A stretch of 62,192 nt of DNA, the filler included, from Globobulimina sp. (Eukaryota), in the NCBI GenBank assembly GCA_003354225.1. It is 19 parts of 19 records of this genome, joined end to end, with 100 filler letters (N's around TTAATTAATTAA, not from the genome) between each part and the next. Parts side by side here need not be neighbours in the genome. Positions count along the whole stretch, not along the records: positions 1 to 3,181 come from PIVH01003481.1; positions 3,282 to 6,461 come from PIVH01003482.1; positions 6,562 to 9,741 come from PIVH01003483.1; positions 9,842 to 13,021 come from PIVH01003484.1; 15 more parts are not named here. One strand, given 5' to 3'. The notes beneath the pieces were generated by a model that saw nothing but the letters and a program-made list of their open reading frames with translations, did no database searches and was not told the DNA's origin. Positions 1-12,788 of this stretch are shown here, piece after piece. Every line of letters starts with the position of its first letter. Position 1 is the stretch's first letter. Made by a program: the position numbers and the translations under genes.

Positions 1-660
1 TTTGAATGCTATGCTGATTGACCGTGCCAAGACACTTCTCTTGCACCTTAATCATACAAATAAATGGTCTATTACCTATATTGATGTACTGTATGTTATT
101 CTGTCAAAGTGCATAATTAACATTTTTATACAGGGCGGGAGGGTGGGCAACAATATTAGAAAATTATGCAGTTTAGGAATAGAAACGAACGATGGATGAT
201 CAAACGAGATTAAAGCAAGCAAACGCCGAAAAGTGGCCTTCTCTCCTCGCCGGCTCGAAAATACACTAAAAGGCGTGGCCCAGACACACGGACAACCAAT
301 CAGCGCCCATCGGAACTTTCAAAAGAGGCCAAACGTGAATACTGATCAGACGAACAGACAAAACACCTACTCGATCTATTTCCCGTCGCCTAACACCCTG
401 AGAAAAAACAAAATGGTATACATAGCAACACAACGACTTCCTGTCCTAGACACTGAATCATAAACGCGAAAGTAGTAGTACTGTACATATTTGTGACACA
501 AGAAACTTGTAATTATTTCCTTTATGCGCTTCGCTTATACGTAAATAACTCAAGTTTCTAGTTTATCTTATGTAAAACGTAATAACACAATAGGATATGG
601 ATGTTTTATTGGCAAAAGCATATGAAAAATAAACAAACGTGTGGCTAAAGTATTAGGTAT

Positions 661-2667
661 TTAAAATAGTGGCATAATATGAGCTGATCTAGCATTTGAT
701 GGGCGAGAACCATCTAAGTTAAGACATAATACAGAACTAGCAAAAGTTGAACGAGCAAAAATAGATTCCTTCTGAATTCCGGCAACAAAAACTGGTGAAT
801 GCGGAGGGATGCGTCTAATTTCGACAATAATATGAGAAGGGCAACCATTTGGAAACAACAATGGGTAAAAAGGAGCCGATAACCATTCCGGAACTACCAA
901 AACTCCTTTAGCTTTGCACTCAATTAAATGTCGTATGACCCGTGGCACTAAAGAAACAGGTGGTAATAAGTAGTTCAACTCGTCAGACCAGTCAAAAGCA
1001 AAAGCATTAACACCACAAGTACCAGGTTGCCAAAATTTTGAATTAAAACGTTTTAGTTGACGATTTTTAGCATCTGCGAAGCGATAGATGGTAAAGGGGC
1101 CCCATAAATTGTAAAGCTTCTGAAAATAACGTTTTTCCAGAGACCAATCATCATAGTCCACGATACGGCTGTAATAATCGGCTAGTACATTTTGTTCACG
1201 TGGTATCCATTCCACATGCAAACGGATAGCATTAGAGACACATGTACTAAATATTTGTAATGCAATTTTTTGAAGAGAATGAACTGTACTACCCTTTGCA
1301 GCTATTGTTGCAGTAGCTTGATTGTCCGTATACCACAAAACAGATTTGCCTTGTAAAAGTGGCACAAAACTAGATAATCCAATATTGATAGTTTCTAATT
1401 CACGCCATGTAGAGCTTCGGAGACGTTCTTCCAGAGACCATGATCTATTTGCCACTTGATCGCCTAATGAAAGTTTAATAACAGAGGCACAAGCTGAACT
1501 ACTAGCATCAGAATGAACTATGCGATGAATGCGTGAAGTAAGAATGATAGATTGACCATTAAGAAGCAACAAATGATCATACCAAAAATGCAATTCAGAT
1601 ATAGCATTAGATGAAAAAGGTAAAAAAGAGTCCCAGTTTTTCCGTTGTTCTATAGAGGCATAAATAGAACGAGTCATTAGTAAAACAATTGAGCCAAAAG
1701 CGGGGCGCATAGAGATTAAACGGCCAGCTACCATCGATAGCCTTCTAGCTGTCCGACAAAAAGAAGGTTCAAATAACAGTTTTCCAATTAAATCATGACA
1801 AAGCTCAATTTTGGCAGGTGGAATAGTTAAAGTAAAATTTTTAGAATCTATTATAACACCCAACCACTGAAAACATTAAACAGGTTACCATTGACATTTA
1901 TCAGTACTTTCGGCTAGCCCACAATTACGTAAATCTGATCGTACACAGTTAGACATTAAAACACAAGATTCCCTTGTTTCAGCAACTCCAATACCATCGT
2001 CCAAAAACATGACAATGCAAAACCCCATAGCTCTCCAATGCCGCACTAGACACTTCATCAATTTAGTGTAAATATAAGGAGCAATAGATAAACCAAAAGG
2101 AAGACAATTGTATACAAAATAGCGTATTTTACCATTAAAATTCCATGAAAAACCCAAAAATTGTCTATGAGCTTGTGCTATAGGCACATGATGGTAAGCA
2201 GATTTGATATCAAAATTAAAAAACCAGCATAAACGTGACACGTAATTTAGTGCAGTAGTAAGATCTTCCATTTTAAAATGTTCCTTGTTTAAAAAACGAT
2301 TAAGATAGGAACAATCCAAAATTAAACGAGGCTTTTCCTTATTTACAGCCACAGATAATGGATGAACAAGGAATGGTGGTTTAGAAACTTCAGAAATCCT
2401 ACCAGACTGCAAAAGAGAGAGAATCTCAGACTCAATAAACACTGAATGATCTGTAGTGGAGGTGTTATTTGTGAAAAATACAGTAGGTGGCAATGACAGA
2501 AATGGCAAAAATACACCATTAGCAATCCAAGAAAGTACAAACTTATCAGCCTGAATACCACTCCAAAAATCATAATGCTCTTTTAATGAGCCAAATTTAA
2601 AATCAAAATTCGCACCTGTACAATCTTTAATACAATCGAAAAGTTCTGGAAACACATTATGGTCCAT
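661..2667 (-). pseudogene. pol (reverse transcriptase-RNase H-MT) interrupted by two in-frame TAA codons
   Basis: ORFs 1885..3111 and 661..1863 are in the same frame; the junction reads KCQW*PV*CFQWLGVIIDS. ATG at 2667 lies 1 nt after the gag TGA. Confidence 0.85.
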
Positions 2668-2668
2668 A

Positions 2669-3181
2669 TCAAATGTCTCCTTTGGCTGCTGGGAGACTTG
2701 CGGGGACAAACGGAAGCTGGAAACTTGGTCCGGTAATTGCACGATTTTGCTGGATTGCTGGCTGACGGAAGTTTTGGCTGTTGTTCTGAGTGGAGTTTGA
2801 CGTTGCAAATGGACACTCTCTGGCATAATGACCTTGAAGCCGGCAGCTGTGACAGAAGTAGATTTTTCGCGCTGGAGCCGAGAAATTTTGAGGGGCATTT
2901 CTCTGGAAGTGCGTTTGATTTTGGCCAAATTGGCCAAACTGTCCAGTTTGGTGTTGGGTTGATTGATTGAGCTGTAATTGAGACAAGAATTGGCCGATAA
3001 TCGCTGCTTGGTCGAGAGACTGATTGGCGGGAGTAGGACCCGCCGTGAACCGAAAGGGCTGTTGAGTTGAACAAGACAAACGATCTCCAGACTGATCGTT
3101 TGGACGTTCATATGGTCGGTAACATGGTTTTTGCTTTACACGATTCAAAGCGATCCAAAGCTTGACGATCTTGCGAGCTTG
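2669..3181 (-). CDS. gag-like protein C-terminus with zinc knuckle
   Basis: CHSCRLQGHYAREC (CX2CX4HX4C); Gln-rich; frame open to the contig end. Confidence 0.8.
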   Translation of the reverse strand, partial: QARKIVKLWIALNRVKQKPCYRPYERPNDQSGDRLSCSTQQPFRFTAGPTPANQSLDQAAIIGQFLSQLQLNQSTQHQTGQFGQFGQNQTHFQRNAPQNFSAPARKIYFCHSCRLQGHYARECPFATSNSTQNNSQNFRQPAIQQNRAITGPSFQLPFVPASLPAAKGDI

Positions 3182-3281
3182 NNNNNNNNNNNNNNNNNNN
3201 NNNNNNNNNNNNNNNNNNNNNNNNNTTAATTAATTAANNNNNNNNNNNNNNNNNNNNNNNNNNNNNNNNNNNNNNNNNNNN
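3182..3281. other. Artificial contig spacer N44-TTAATTAATTAA-N44 (first of 18; others start at 6462, 9742, 13022, 16302, 19582, 22862, 26141, 29420, 32698, 35976, 39254, 42532, 45809, 49086, 52363, 55640, 58917)
   Basis: Identical 100-nt linker with stops in all six frames, between contigs of steadily decreasing length (3181 to about 3176 nt). Confidence 0.99.
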
Positions 3282-3533
3282 CAAAAACACAAAATATCAC
3301 AGATATCTTTGCAGAAAAACCATAATATCCTATTAATATTTCTCGTCGGTGGATCCAGTTCCTATGTGATAGGACAACTAACGTTTGTTTGACAAAGATT
3401 GGTTCGACGTCGATCGCGATGCTTTCAAAAGATTTTTAAAAGTTTCAAAACAAATGAAGTGTTGACCAGCGCCAAAACTTCACAACTGGGAAAAATAAAT
3501 CAAGAATTAAGCTAAAATTAACAAAAAACATTA

Positions 3534-6046
3534 TTATTGATCGTTAAATAATGTTTGGTCTTTAGATGGAAATACACGTTTATATAATGATAAGCAAACG
3601 GTATCATTTTGTTTAATACTCGAATTAAAAAAGCATTTCATAGCTCCTTTATCCCCGATTGGTTCTTCAATTTGTCCTTTTAATCCCTGCTTTGTCCATA
3701 AATCGATTGGTTTGAAATATTTCACATCATCGGAATTATAAAACATATATCGAATCACGGCACGTCTACGCTGCACACGATATGCTGCGCCGGTCAATAC
3801 TTTACGTTCTATCAATAAACGATGCACATCGACGGACAATAAATTACCATACGCACAAATTCCATCGTCATTATCCTCAAACATTAACACACCAATCGGC
3901 GGATACGTTATTTCCGAATAAACGGAAGCAACCACAAATTGATTATCATTTATACATTTTTTGACCAAATGCTTATTTCCACGCGAATTATCACTAAAAA
4001 TTGGCAATGATTGAAATCGACGAAAGCCAACATCAAAAGTGTATGTTTTTAATCCTTCAATTTTCTTTTCATAATTACTATGTTTTTGCAATAAATAATG
4101 GCAAACTGATATTTTATTTTCGTGTTGCAATAAACTCCAAATTATCAACGGTTTATTTGCTGCAAAATGGGTCAATAATTTATCTGAAATATCTTGCGTT
4201 ATTCCTCGAATATAAATTCTTATTTTCTTACCACATTCAATTAAGTTATTTTCCTCACTCTGTTGACACAGAATATTTTTCAATTTTGTTGTTTTTAATG
4301 CTTTTTTCCAGTCGCGAATATTTGCAATTTGTGAGTATTCGACCGGAAGTAACTCAAATTTGTCCCATTTTGTTTTGTAAAATTGTTTCAATCCTCGATA
4401 TTCAACAAATTCGTCTTTTGCCCGAACATTGGCGTCCAAATCCACCTCATCTGCGAATTCAAACTCATCCTCGCTTTCATCCTCATTATCGGCACGTTTC
4501 TCCTCTTTATCATCCTCATCCAGCTCCATATCACAATATTCCTTGTCATCATCATCAAATTTTGCATCTTGAATCCAGTCCAAATTGTAAGCACTGAACA
4601 GGCACAGACATAGAAACTATATCATCACAGCAATCATTGTTATATTCATAGCGGTACTTACCTCAATCCCTTCTCTTCCAACTTCTCTCTCTCGATCCTC
4701 TTAAATCTCTCAGCTTCAATCTCGGCCAACGCCTCCTCGGTAATCCTAGTTTGCTCCAACTGCGACGCCAACCCATCCAAACTGGCAACCTTCTCCAACG
4801 TATCCTGCCTCTCCACATCGCCACGTACCAATGCTACGCACTCAGAACCAAACTCATCGCACTTCTTTTCATCGCCAACCACCTTCGATATCACCATATC
4901 ATTCACAAAATCCATGATCCCGCCATCCTGCTCCACCACAGCCACCCTTTGATGCTGCTCCTTATTCCCATGTTTATCCTCCACCAAACCATCAATTTTA
5001 TCAATCAAATAGTCGCCATAACCGGTGATATGTACAGGTCTGTTCACATTCAACTGCACGCATCCTCGCAAATAGCCGTCCACCGCCAACATCCCCCCAC
5101 CATTCCTCCGCACTGCCTGTACCAACAAATGAGGCCGTTTCTGTTTCCACTCCCCATGGCCGGAGCTGTTGTCACTGTAATTTTTCATACTATGCATGAA
5201 GCGAAACAGTTGCTGCGTGTCGTAGCAATCAAAAATGCGAATATTTTTTTGCGTGATGTTGCCGCTCCCAAACTCGAACTGCAAATACTTCAAAAATGTA
5301 GTTTTTATCAACGGATCGACTTTGCATTGTTGCGCTTTGCTGTTTTTGCGTAGATTGCACAAACCATCATAGAATTGTGCTTGATAAAGACCATAAATGC
5401 TGGTCCCACCGCCACCGCCGACGCGCTTTATGAGCGAGCAAAATGATTTTGATTTATCATCCAATCCCAACACACAGTCGTTCCAGTTGTCACCATCAGC
5501 GATGGACAGTTGCTCTGGCTTTGGAGAGCAAACTAATAAAATAATATCGGCGATCTTACAGATATCCAACATGGAAAATGTGTCATTGCGGTCCTGCAAT
5601 TCATAGATAATATAGTTTGATTTTTGCGCTTTGCCAATGTGGGCTTGGCATTGTATGAGTTGGTTTGGTGCATAACTTGTGATACCACAATGGGATAATA
5701 AATGTTTTTTGATTTTTTGCGTGTTTGAATATGGTGACAAAGCAATTAAGGCAATTATTTTGGGAGTGCCTCCCGCCATTTTGCCAAAATATTTTAATTT
5801 GTTTTTTATTAATTTCTCACGGTGGCTTTTTCTTTTTTCTTTGGCGCTGGATTTTCTTTGCGATTTGCCAACGTCATGGAATTGACTGCAATGTCTGAAT
5901 TGTCTGTTATTCGGATTGCCGGTGGTTGGGGCTATACGGCCAAACCGTTTGGAGTTCGCGGATGGTTTGCTTTTGCCCGGCGCTTTGTGCGATTTACGTT
6001 TACTTTTGAAATTTGATCTGTGATGAAAAGGCGCGGTATCTGCCAT
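3534..6046 (-). CDS. TSR1: Pre-rRNA-processing protein TSR1 (40S biogenesis, BMS1/TSR1 family); exons 6046-4662 and 4593-3534
   Basis: LDICKIADIILL, VDGYLRG..LNVNRPVHITGYGDY, LLQHENK, GFRRFQSLPIFS, IRYMFYNSDDVKYFKP, DTVCLSLYKRVFP. A 68-nt GT-AG intron (4594-4661) restores GLSAYNLDWI. Confidence 0.95.
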
Positions 6047-6561
6047 GTTGACTGTCTGAAATTGGAAAAGTTTTATTTTGATGAGCTGTTTTTGTCAGAC
6101 TTAAAGATTCAAAATGAAAGCAAATTGTTTGAATTAAAAACATCGAAATTCAAATATAAGTGACAAGAAAAAAAAGCATTTATTTGTAATTATATTCGTA
6201 GTTATATGCAGATTGTGAATCTCTTTGAATATGACCATCATTTTTCACTTTGTAATTATAATTATAGCCACCAGATTTTGATTCAATTTCTTGTGGTTCA
6301 TCATTGTTCTCTAAGTTTTTATTTGCAGCTATTTTATCATCCAATTCTTTTCTTTTTGAATTACATTCTGTTAATTCCTTGTTTAAGTATTCAATTTTGT
6401 CGCCACTGTTTGTGTATAAATTATTTAATTGTTCATCTAATTTTTTTTGCTCTTTTGAATGNNNNNNNNNNNNNNNNNNNNNNNNNNNNNNNNNNNNNNN
6501 NNNNNTTAATTAATTAANNNNNNNNNNNNNNNNNNNNNNNNNNNNNNNNNNNNNNNNNNNN

Positions 6562-7695
6562 ACTGAAATCATCAAACAATTGCTGGTGCTCATATTCATC
6601 ATAAATCTGAATCATATTAAGTCGATTCATAGCTTTTAATTTCTGATATGCACTCAATACAAATTGTATTCTATTAAACGGCTCACAGTGCAGTTTCAAC
6701 TGATTTATGATATTCCCATCATTATACCCAATGGTGTACGCACCATAAATACCGGTTGACAATGATGGTTTATATGGTGGGATTAAGCAACATGCAATAT
6801 TTGAAGCTTCCGATTTTAACTGATCTTTCTTTTTGGATTTCAATAACTCCCTCAGTTTGTTTCTAATATCATCTGTTATTTCTGATTCAATGTTGTGATC
6901 AATATCAAAATGTATATTTACTGCAGCTGGAGGAGGTGATGCCGATGCAGCGGACATATATGCTTCGGATGTTTGTGATTGCATAAATGGCGCTGTTGGA
7001 AGGGGGAAATTATTGGGATCCGCTGTTATCCGACGAGCTTTATAAATGGATAAATATGCGTTGTATATACATACTGTATATATATATATATATATTGCCG
7101 TACCTGTATCTGTATTTTGATTAGTTTTTTTTTCATCTGAATCGGTATCAATTTCAGTGCAAAAATGAAAATTCCACCGCTTCGATTCAAGGTTGATTGG
7201 TTTGGAAAAGAATGAATCTGTGGTTGAAAATATTGGTCGTGGATTTGTTTCAGTCGTTGAGGATCTTGCTCGAGACAGAGAGCTCGAAGGCGTCCCATAT
7301 CCCATTTGCGGTGTAAATAATGGTGTGTATACTATGGGAGTATGTTTATGTTTTTCTGGCTGTGAAAAGTGTAAATGTGGATATTTTACACCTTCTTTGA
7401 TTCCGTCGTATATACATTTTATATGATATTCGAATTGTGTCCATATGTTACGTGCTGTCGGGTTATTAATATTATTGTGGTTATTTTCATCATATATTTC
7501 ATCCCATAACATTCGTTTAGTTTGTTTCAAGTCGTATCCGTCATCTATAAGGTCTTGAATTTCGTCTATGAAATAAGCGTCACCCAATTTCAGTAATGAT
7601 TCAATTTTATCTATTGATGGTACTCGCAATTCTGATTCATCGATTACTGGAAGTTCGACACTCAATGCGCTAGGTATGACATGTTCTTGTGACAT
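6562..7695 (-). CDS. Hypothetical protein of a lineage-expanded family, 3' partial; probable in-frame 66-nt intron 7038-7103 containing (TA)n
   Basis: Long ORF; the GTACGG...TAAAG segment translates as low-complexity YIYIY; the C-terminal C..RI..L..Y...L.DD motif is shared with the 29520-31533 gene. Confidence 0.65.
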
Positions 7696-7987
7696 GGTTA
7701 TTAATGTAAGGAAACAGTTTTTACGTGAACGAAAATAGACTTTTTGCATATTAAAAAGTGCTGTATTGTGTTAGATGGTAAATTTACATTAATTGATTTC
7801 AATCAAAACAATCCAAAAAAACATGCTAAAAAAAATAATTTAATTCAAAAAAAATTAAAAAATCATGGTAAAGATTTCGAATTCCATGTACAATGAAAAT
7901 ATAATGGGTTAACAATGACGTAATTTCTTCTAATAATAAAACATTGTATATTCACAAAAACATTTATTTACAAAAATAACAATAACA

Positions 7988-8676
7988 TCAATCCACATAT
8001 CTTTTCGCATTAGCTTTCATATATTTTTTTTTCCTCTTTCCATCATTTGTCATTTGTATATTTATTGTGTGATCATAGCCATTTCCTGAAGGTGGAGACA
8101 AAGGACTTGCTGCACCGGTTTGGTTATAGGGGACAGGCGATGCAGATAATGTTGATATAGATTTTGTTGATACAAATGTGGATATGGCAATTTTTTTCAA
8201 TTTTAGATCTCTTTTTCGTTTATACAAACAATATATACACAGTATAACAACACAGCCAATACAGATTACGATCAGAATTAATATCAACACCATGACCATA
8301 AATGAGAATGCAAGTCCACCAAACACGGATACGATGGAGGTGGACTTTGCTGTTCCATCATTGTTTGGTTTATTGTCCCCTGCAATTTGGTGTGTATTTT
8401 AATACTTTTTATAAACGTTTTTTGTGCAAAATAAAGGTATACATTACTTGGTACATATACGTGATCGTCAATGTCAGTGCTCCAAATCGTCGGTTCTGAA
8501 TATTTGGATATGTTTCAGTATTATCAAAAAACGATATTAATTACATTTGCGTTTGTTGTAAAACCTAATGTTGGCATTGTGGTTGGAGATTGGCTTGGAT
8601 TATCTGATGACGTTGTGTTAGTTATGAATGTTAGTAACATTATGATGATGTACAGAATGTGTACAGAAGTTGTCAT
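7988..8676 (-). CDS. Small type I membrane protein (signal peptide, S/T/P-rich ectodomain, TM helix), two short introns
   Basis: MTTSVHILYIIIMLLTFIT signal peptide; two phase-1 GT-AG introns join in frame to the TM segment LAFSFMVMVLILILIVICIGCVVILCIYCL, followed by basic KRKR. Confidence 0.7.
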
Positions 8677-8781
8677 GATTGCTTCAACTTTTTTGAAAGT
8701 TTTTACAGTGTTACTGAAATTATAATTATGTAAAATTTATAAATTAAACAACAAACACGAGGTTCAATATGTGGAATTTAG

Positions 8782-9483
8782 TTATATTACATTGTATCCA
8801 TAACACGCAAAATATTCGACACAGAATTTTGCATTTGATTCGGTGCTAAATCCGTGATTTGAAATAAATTCTACTTTGATAAATTTTAATGATTTTTCCT
8901 TAATCACATCATCATCAATGCCTCCAATAGAAAATGTTTGCGTCCCTTTTTTGTATGCGATATCAACTGTATTTGGTGTAAATGTAAGCCATTTCGTCAA
9001 ATTAGCAGCATTTCCCATGGATATTTTCATGGTTTTAACTCCTCGACCTTTACAATAACCAAATTCATTTCGAATATCAAATTTTGTGATATTATATAAT
9101 TTGTTATCACCTTCATCAATTTCAAAAATAATCCAATCATTTTGTTCACCGATATTGAGCGCATACGTTTTTTGAAATGTTTCTACTGTTTTACTGTAAT
9201 AAGATCCATTATTTTCGGTTAATAAAGATTGTGGATGACCAAGTGATAAATGTCCGCGATGTTTTACATATTTTAATTTAATTTGTTTAATTTCTTGTTC
9301 TTGTTCTTCTTTTTTGATCACTTCAACTTTCTCTTCTTCGATTTGTGCTTCTTCTTTGTTTTGTGTTTCTATATTTGTTTCTTTCACATCTTCGTATTGT
9401 GGATAAGAACTCCATAATACATATAATGCAGAAGCAATCGTTACAAAAACTAAAATTTTATTATCAGCCAAAGCAGCAAACAT
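8782..9483 (-). CDS. N-terminally anchored protein with a galactose-binding/discoidin-like beta domain
   Basis: N-terminal TM, E/K-rich stalk, then NDWIIF...FDIRN...VKTMKI...FIKVEFISNHG...F.CYG, a pattern typical of F5/8-APC10-like jelly-roll domains. Confidence 0.55.
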   Translation of the reverse strand: MFAALADNKILVFVTIASALYVLWSSYPQYEDVKETNIETQNKEEAQIEEEKVEVIKKEEQEQEIKQIKLKYVKHRGHLSLGHPQSLLTENNGSYYSKTVETFQKTYALNIGEQNDWIIFEIDEGDNKLYNITKFDIRNEFGYCKGRGVKTMKISMGNAANLTKWLTFTPNTVDIAYKKGTQTFSIGGIDDDVIKEKSLKFIKVEFISNHGFSTESNAKFCVEYFACYGYNVI

Positions 9484-9949
9484 GACTCAGAAACGTTTTG
9501 TGTGGTTTTTTGCTGAGAGGACACAGTTGTGAAAAACAGCATAATTTGACCATCTACTTTGAAGTACTTTGAACATACTAGCAATGCATTTATACGACAA
9601 AAATTGTCGAAAATTGTCAAAAAAATGGAAATATCAAATATTATGTTATGAATCGATTACCAATGAACATTTAGACACTTTAATCATATTTTCGCGGTTC
9701 TTGACAAGAAACTTAATTATTTATTACTTGTTCCATTTGTANNNNNNNNNNNNNNNNNNNNNNNNNNNNNNNNNNNNNNNNNNNNTTAATTAATTAANNN
9801 NNNNNNNNNNNNNNNNNNNNNNNNNNNNNNNNNNNNNNNNNACTTTCTTCTCAATAAAATTATTATAAGAATCAATCAAAGCATACTGGAGAACGTACCC
9901 ATCAAGCTCATCTCTAAGAAGCTCATAATATGATCGTCTTAAACGATGC

Positions 9950-12673
9950 TCATTGCTTAACGATTCTCTTACGCTCCAAAAGCTCAATGGGCACCCCATA
10001 ATTTTGTTGTGTATTACGACAAAATTTCGCAATATGTCCTTGTTTGCCACAATTATAGCAAATTCTTGGTGGATATTTACGATTTGATCCTCTCCGATTA
10101 TTATTATTATTATATCGCTGCGGAGTTTCCATTTTTCTCGGAGTTATATTTTGTTGTCTTTGAGGATGTATTTGTTGTCTGTTTTGATATTGATTTTGAT
10201 TTAAAAACATTTTAAATTGCTCGGAATCTCGATTCATTTGATTCTGCATTGCCTGCAAATTTCTCGTTAATTCATGATATAATTTTCTTGGATCAAACTC
10301 ATCATTTTTAACATTCAACGTTTGTTTAATTTCATTTCTTTTACTCTCATTTTCAAAAACATTAAATTGCTCATCATTTACTTCAAACTCATCGCAATTT
10401 TCTTGAATATTCTCATCATTCATTGTTCTCTCTCTCTCTTCCAACGGAATATTGATTCTATAAATGAACGATTCTCTCCTTTTCTTCGCTTCTTCCATTT
10501 CTTGTTTTGATTTTAGTATTTTCTTATTAAACTCATTAATTTTATCTCTTTCTTGTTGAATAACATCAAATTTCTTGCGTAACACATTTTTTTTAACACT
10601 TTTTATCTTATTTTCTCTCATTTCATTGATTTGCTTTTCTAATATCATGACTTTGTTCATTATTTCGTTGTTATCAATGTGTTTACTTTCAATTTGATTT
10701 TTTAATGAATTTAATTGATAATCTAAGTGCGTTACATTCTTTTTATCTTTTGGCGGCGTACAATAATTATAATTATGATTATTGGTGTCATGGTACAGCT
10801 GTTTGTTTGGTGATGAATGAGATAAATGCATTTTATATTCATCATATAAAACATTATCATTGCTAATTATTGGCATATCACTGTTATATGATTTATTTGG
10901 CATCGATTTACTGTGGTTGTCATTGTTATTTTCGTCGCTCATTTGCATGTGTTTTTGGTTGTTATTATTATTCATTTCGCTGACATTTGTGTTATGTAAT
11001 TGACTGTGGAGAGAATTATTATTCCTTTGATTAATTTTTTGTTTATAACTCTTATTTTGCAGCCTCAATTGTTCAATTTCTCGATCCATTTCTCTCTTTT
11101 TGCTTTCATAGCAATCTTTGGCTTGTTTCAATTTAATTTGATACTGAATTTTAGCATCATTTTGTGTATTAAATGGCTCACGAATTGTAATCAATGACTT
11201 ATCATTATATCTATTATTAACATTATTATTCGGTGCTTGATTATCATTTGGGTTCCTCGTAAAACCATATTCAAATAACCTGTGCGAGGATATGTTGTTT
11301 TGCTGCGATTTGTCATATTCAATGTTAAAAATACTGCTCACATTTGCATAGTTATTTAATTTTTGTCCGTTATTTAGTATTTGGAGCAATTCACGCATAA
11401 TGAGAGCGTACTGATTATCTCTGTTTAATTCATCACTCACCGTCGTTAATATGTTAATATTTGCTTGAATTTCAATTATTTGCTCTTCTTTAGGCGTAAT
11501 TTTCGTGTTAAATGCCTTGAAATCGTCTAAAATGTGATTATATAATTCATTCACATACATATTGGTCTTCAATAATTGCATTTTTATACATACTGCATAT
11601 GCCTTATATACATCATTCATAGAAATCAATTTATTGTCAACTGCCTCTGCAATGATATCAGGCATATAAACTAAGCACGGAATTGAATATTTAGCACAGT
11701 TACAGCTGCCATCTCGACTGATTTTGTTAGTTTTGTTTACTTTTTTTAATATCGCTTCTTTCGTAGGGAATATTAGACATTTATGACTCTTCTCGATGCT
11801 GCAATTTCGCGTATGTGATTTCGTCATTCTTCCACAAATTCCGGTTTGTGGATCGAAATGAAAGCAAATACACTCAATATTGATGTCGTTATATGCTCCT
11901 TGGTTATAATCGACAATTTGTTTTAAAATGACTGGGTTCAGAACTAATGTGGTTGGTTGTGCATCAATTATTGTTTTAATTTGTTTTATGTCATAATATC
12001 TAAAAAAATCCTTTTGTTTGCGCTCAATATACGGAAATGCGATTATCATAACAATTTTATACACACTCCACTCATTAATAACTCTTTTATTGTTATAATT
12101 ATTGTTTAAACATAATGTTTTGTTGCCACTTACAACTTCGTCATCGGAATTATACTGAGCTTTATCAGTCTTATTATCATTAACTAAGAATTTGAACGCA
12201 ATCTGATTACTTATCACAGTCTTATGTTCCTTGCCTTTGTTCCCTTTCTGTTTCGCTTCAGCTCTTAATGTACGGCTCGTAGGTACTGTTTCTTGCCATA
12301 TGGATTCAAATATATAACTAAATTCTTCAATTCCTTATCATTTAAAGCGCCTACATTGTGAACGCAATTGTTACTTCTTCCGCACTCTGTTGCTATAATT
12401 TGGCATATTAATATTTTTGGAGTTTCTATTAATATAATATACTTTGCCGTCTACTGTCCATTGATCAATTTTTAAAGTACGCTTACAAAATTCACGTAAA
12501 ACTGGTCTGTCAACCTCATGGAATTCATCTTCAATATATCCCTCATCGGTGAATAATATGCGTTGTCTAATCTGTTGCATTCCGTATTTATGACTACGGT
12601 TCTTTACGGGAGTACGCAACATTTGTTTTATTGTGTTATCGGTTGCTACTTTACTGATGTCAGTCACGTACAA
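9950..12673 (-). mobile_element. Gag-like coiled-coil protein with C-terminal CCHC knuckle; probable degenerate retroelement
   Basis: CYNCGKQGHIAKFC near the C-terminus; Cys/His cluster CFHF..GIC..C..H.C; ORF 12371..12673 is in the same frame as 9950..12217 but separated by three stops. Confidence 0.55.
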
Positions 12674-12698
12674 TAATAATAAGCTGTCACTGTGCGAA

Positions 12699-12788
12699 CA
12701 ATTATAAGCGAGGTACGTAGATTCGAAGTCTTTGTATTGCTAGAAGCAATTATAAGCGATCTAACTACGTAGCAGTCTTTGTATTGCT
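12699..12788. repeat. Imperfect tandem duplication (period about 48 nt) upstream of the gag-like ORF
   Basis: CAATTATAAGCGA...TACGTAG...GTCTTTGTATTGCT occurs twice. Confidence 0.85.

Larger units (their letters stand above)
661..3181 (-). mobile_element. DIRS/PAT-type tyrosine-recombinase-class retrotransposon (gag + RT/RNase H/MT), 5'-truncated by contig end
   Basis: gag with CCHC knuckle; RT motifs (RLILDCSYLN, FDIKSAYHH, CLPFGLSIAP, FLDD); DIRS-type RNase H (SDASS, WRELETI, YTDNQA, NVLADYYSR); C-terminal methyltransferase-like domain (NAFAFDW...PPVSLVPRVI...LVVPEW). Confidence 0.9.

Noticed and set aside
1864-1887. TAA reassigned to Gln (ciliate-type code) in pol
   Set aside because: Only two TAA in about 670 codons while many Gln use CAA/CAG; TAA terminates this and other genes; another likely point mutation (DRF to YRF) indicates decay.
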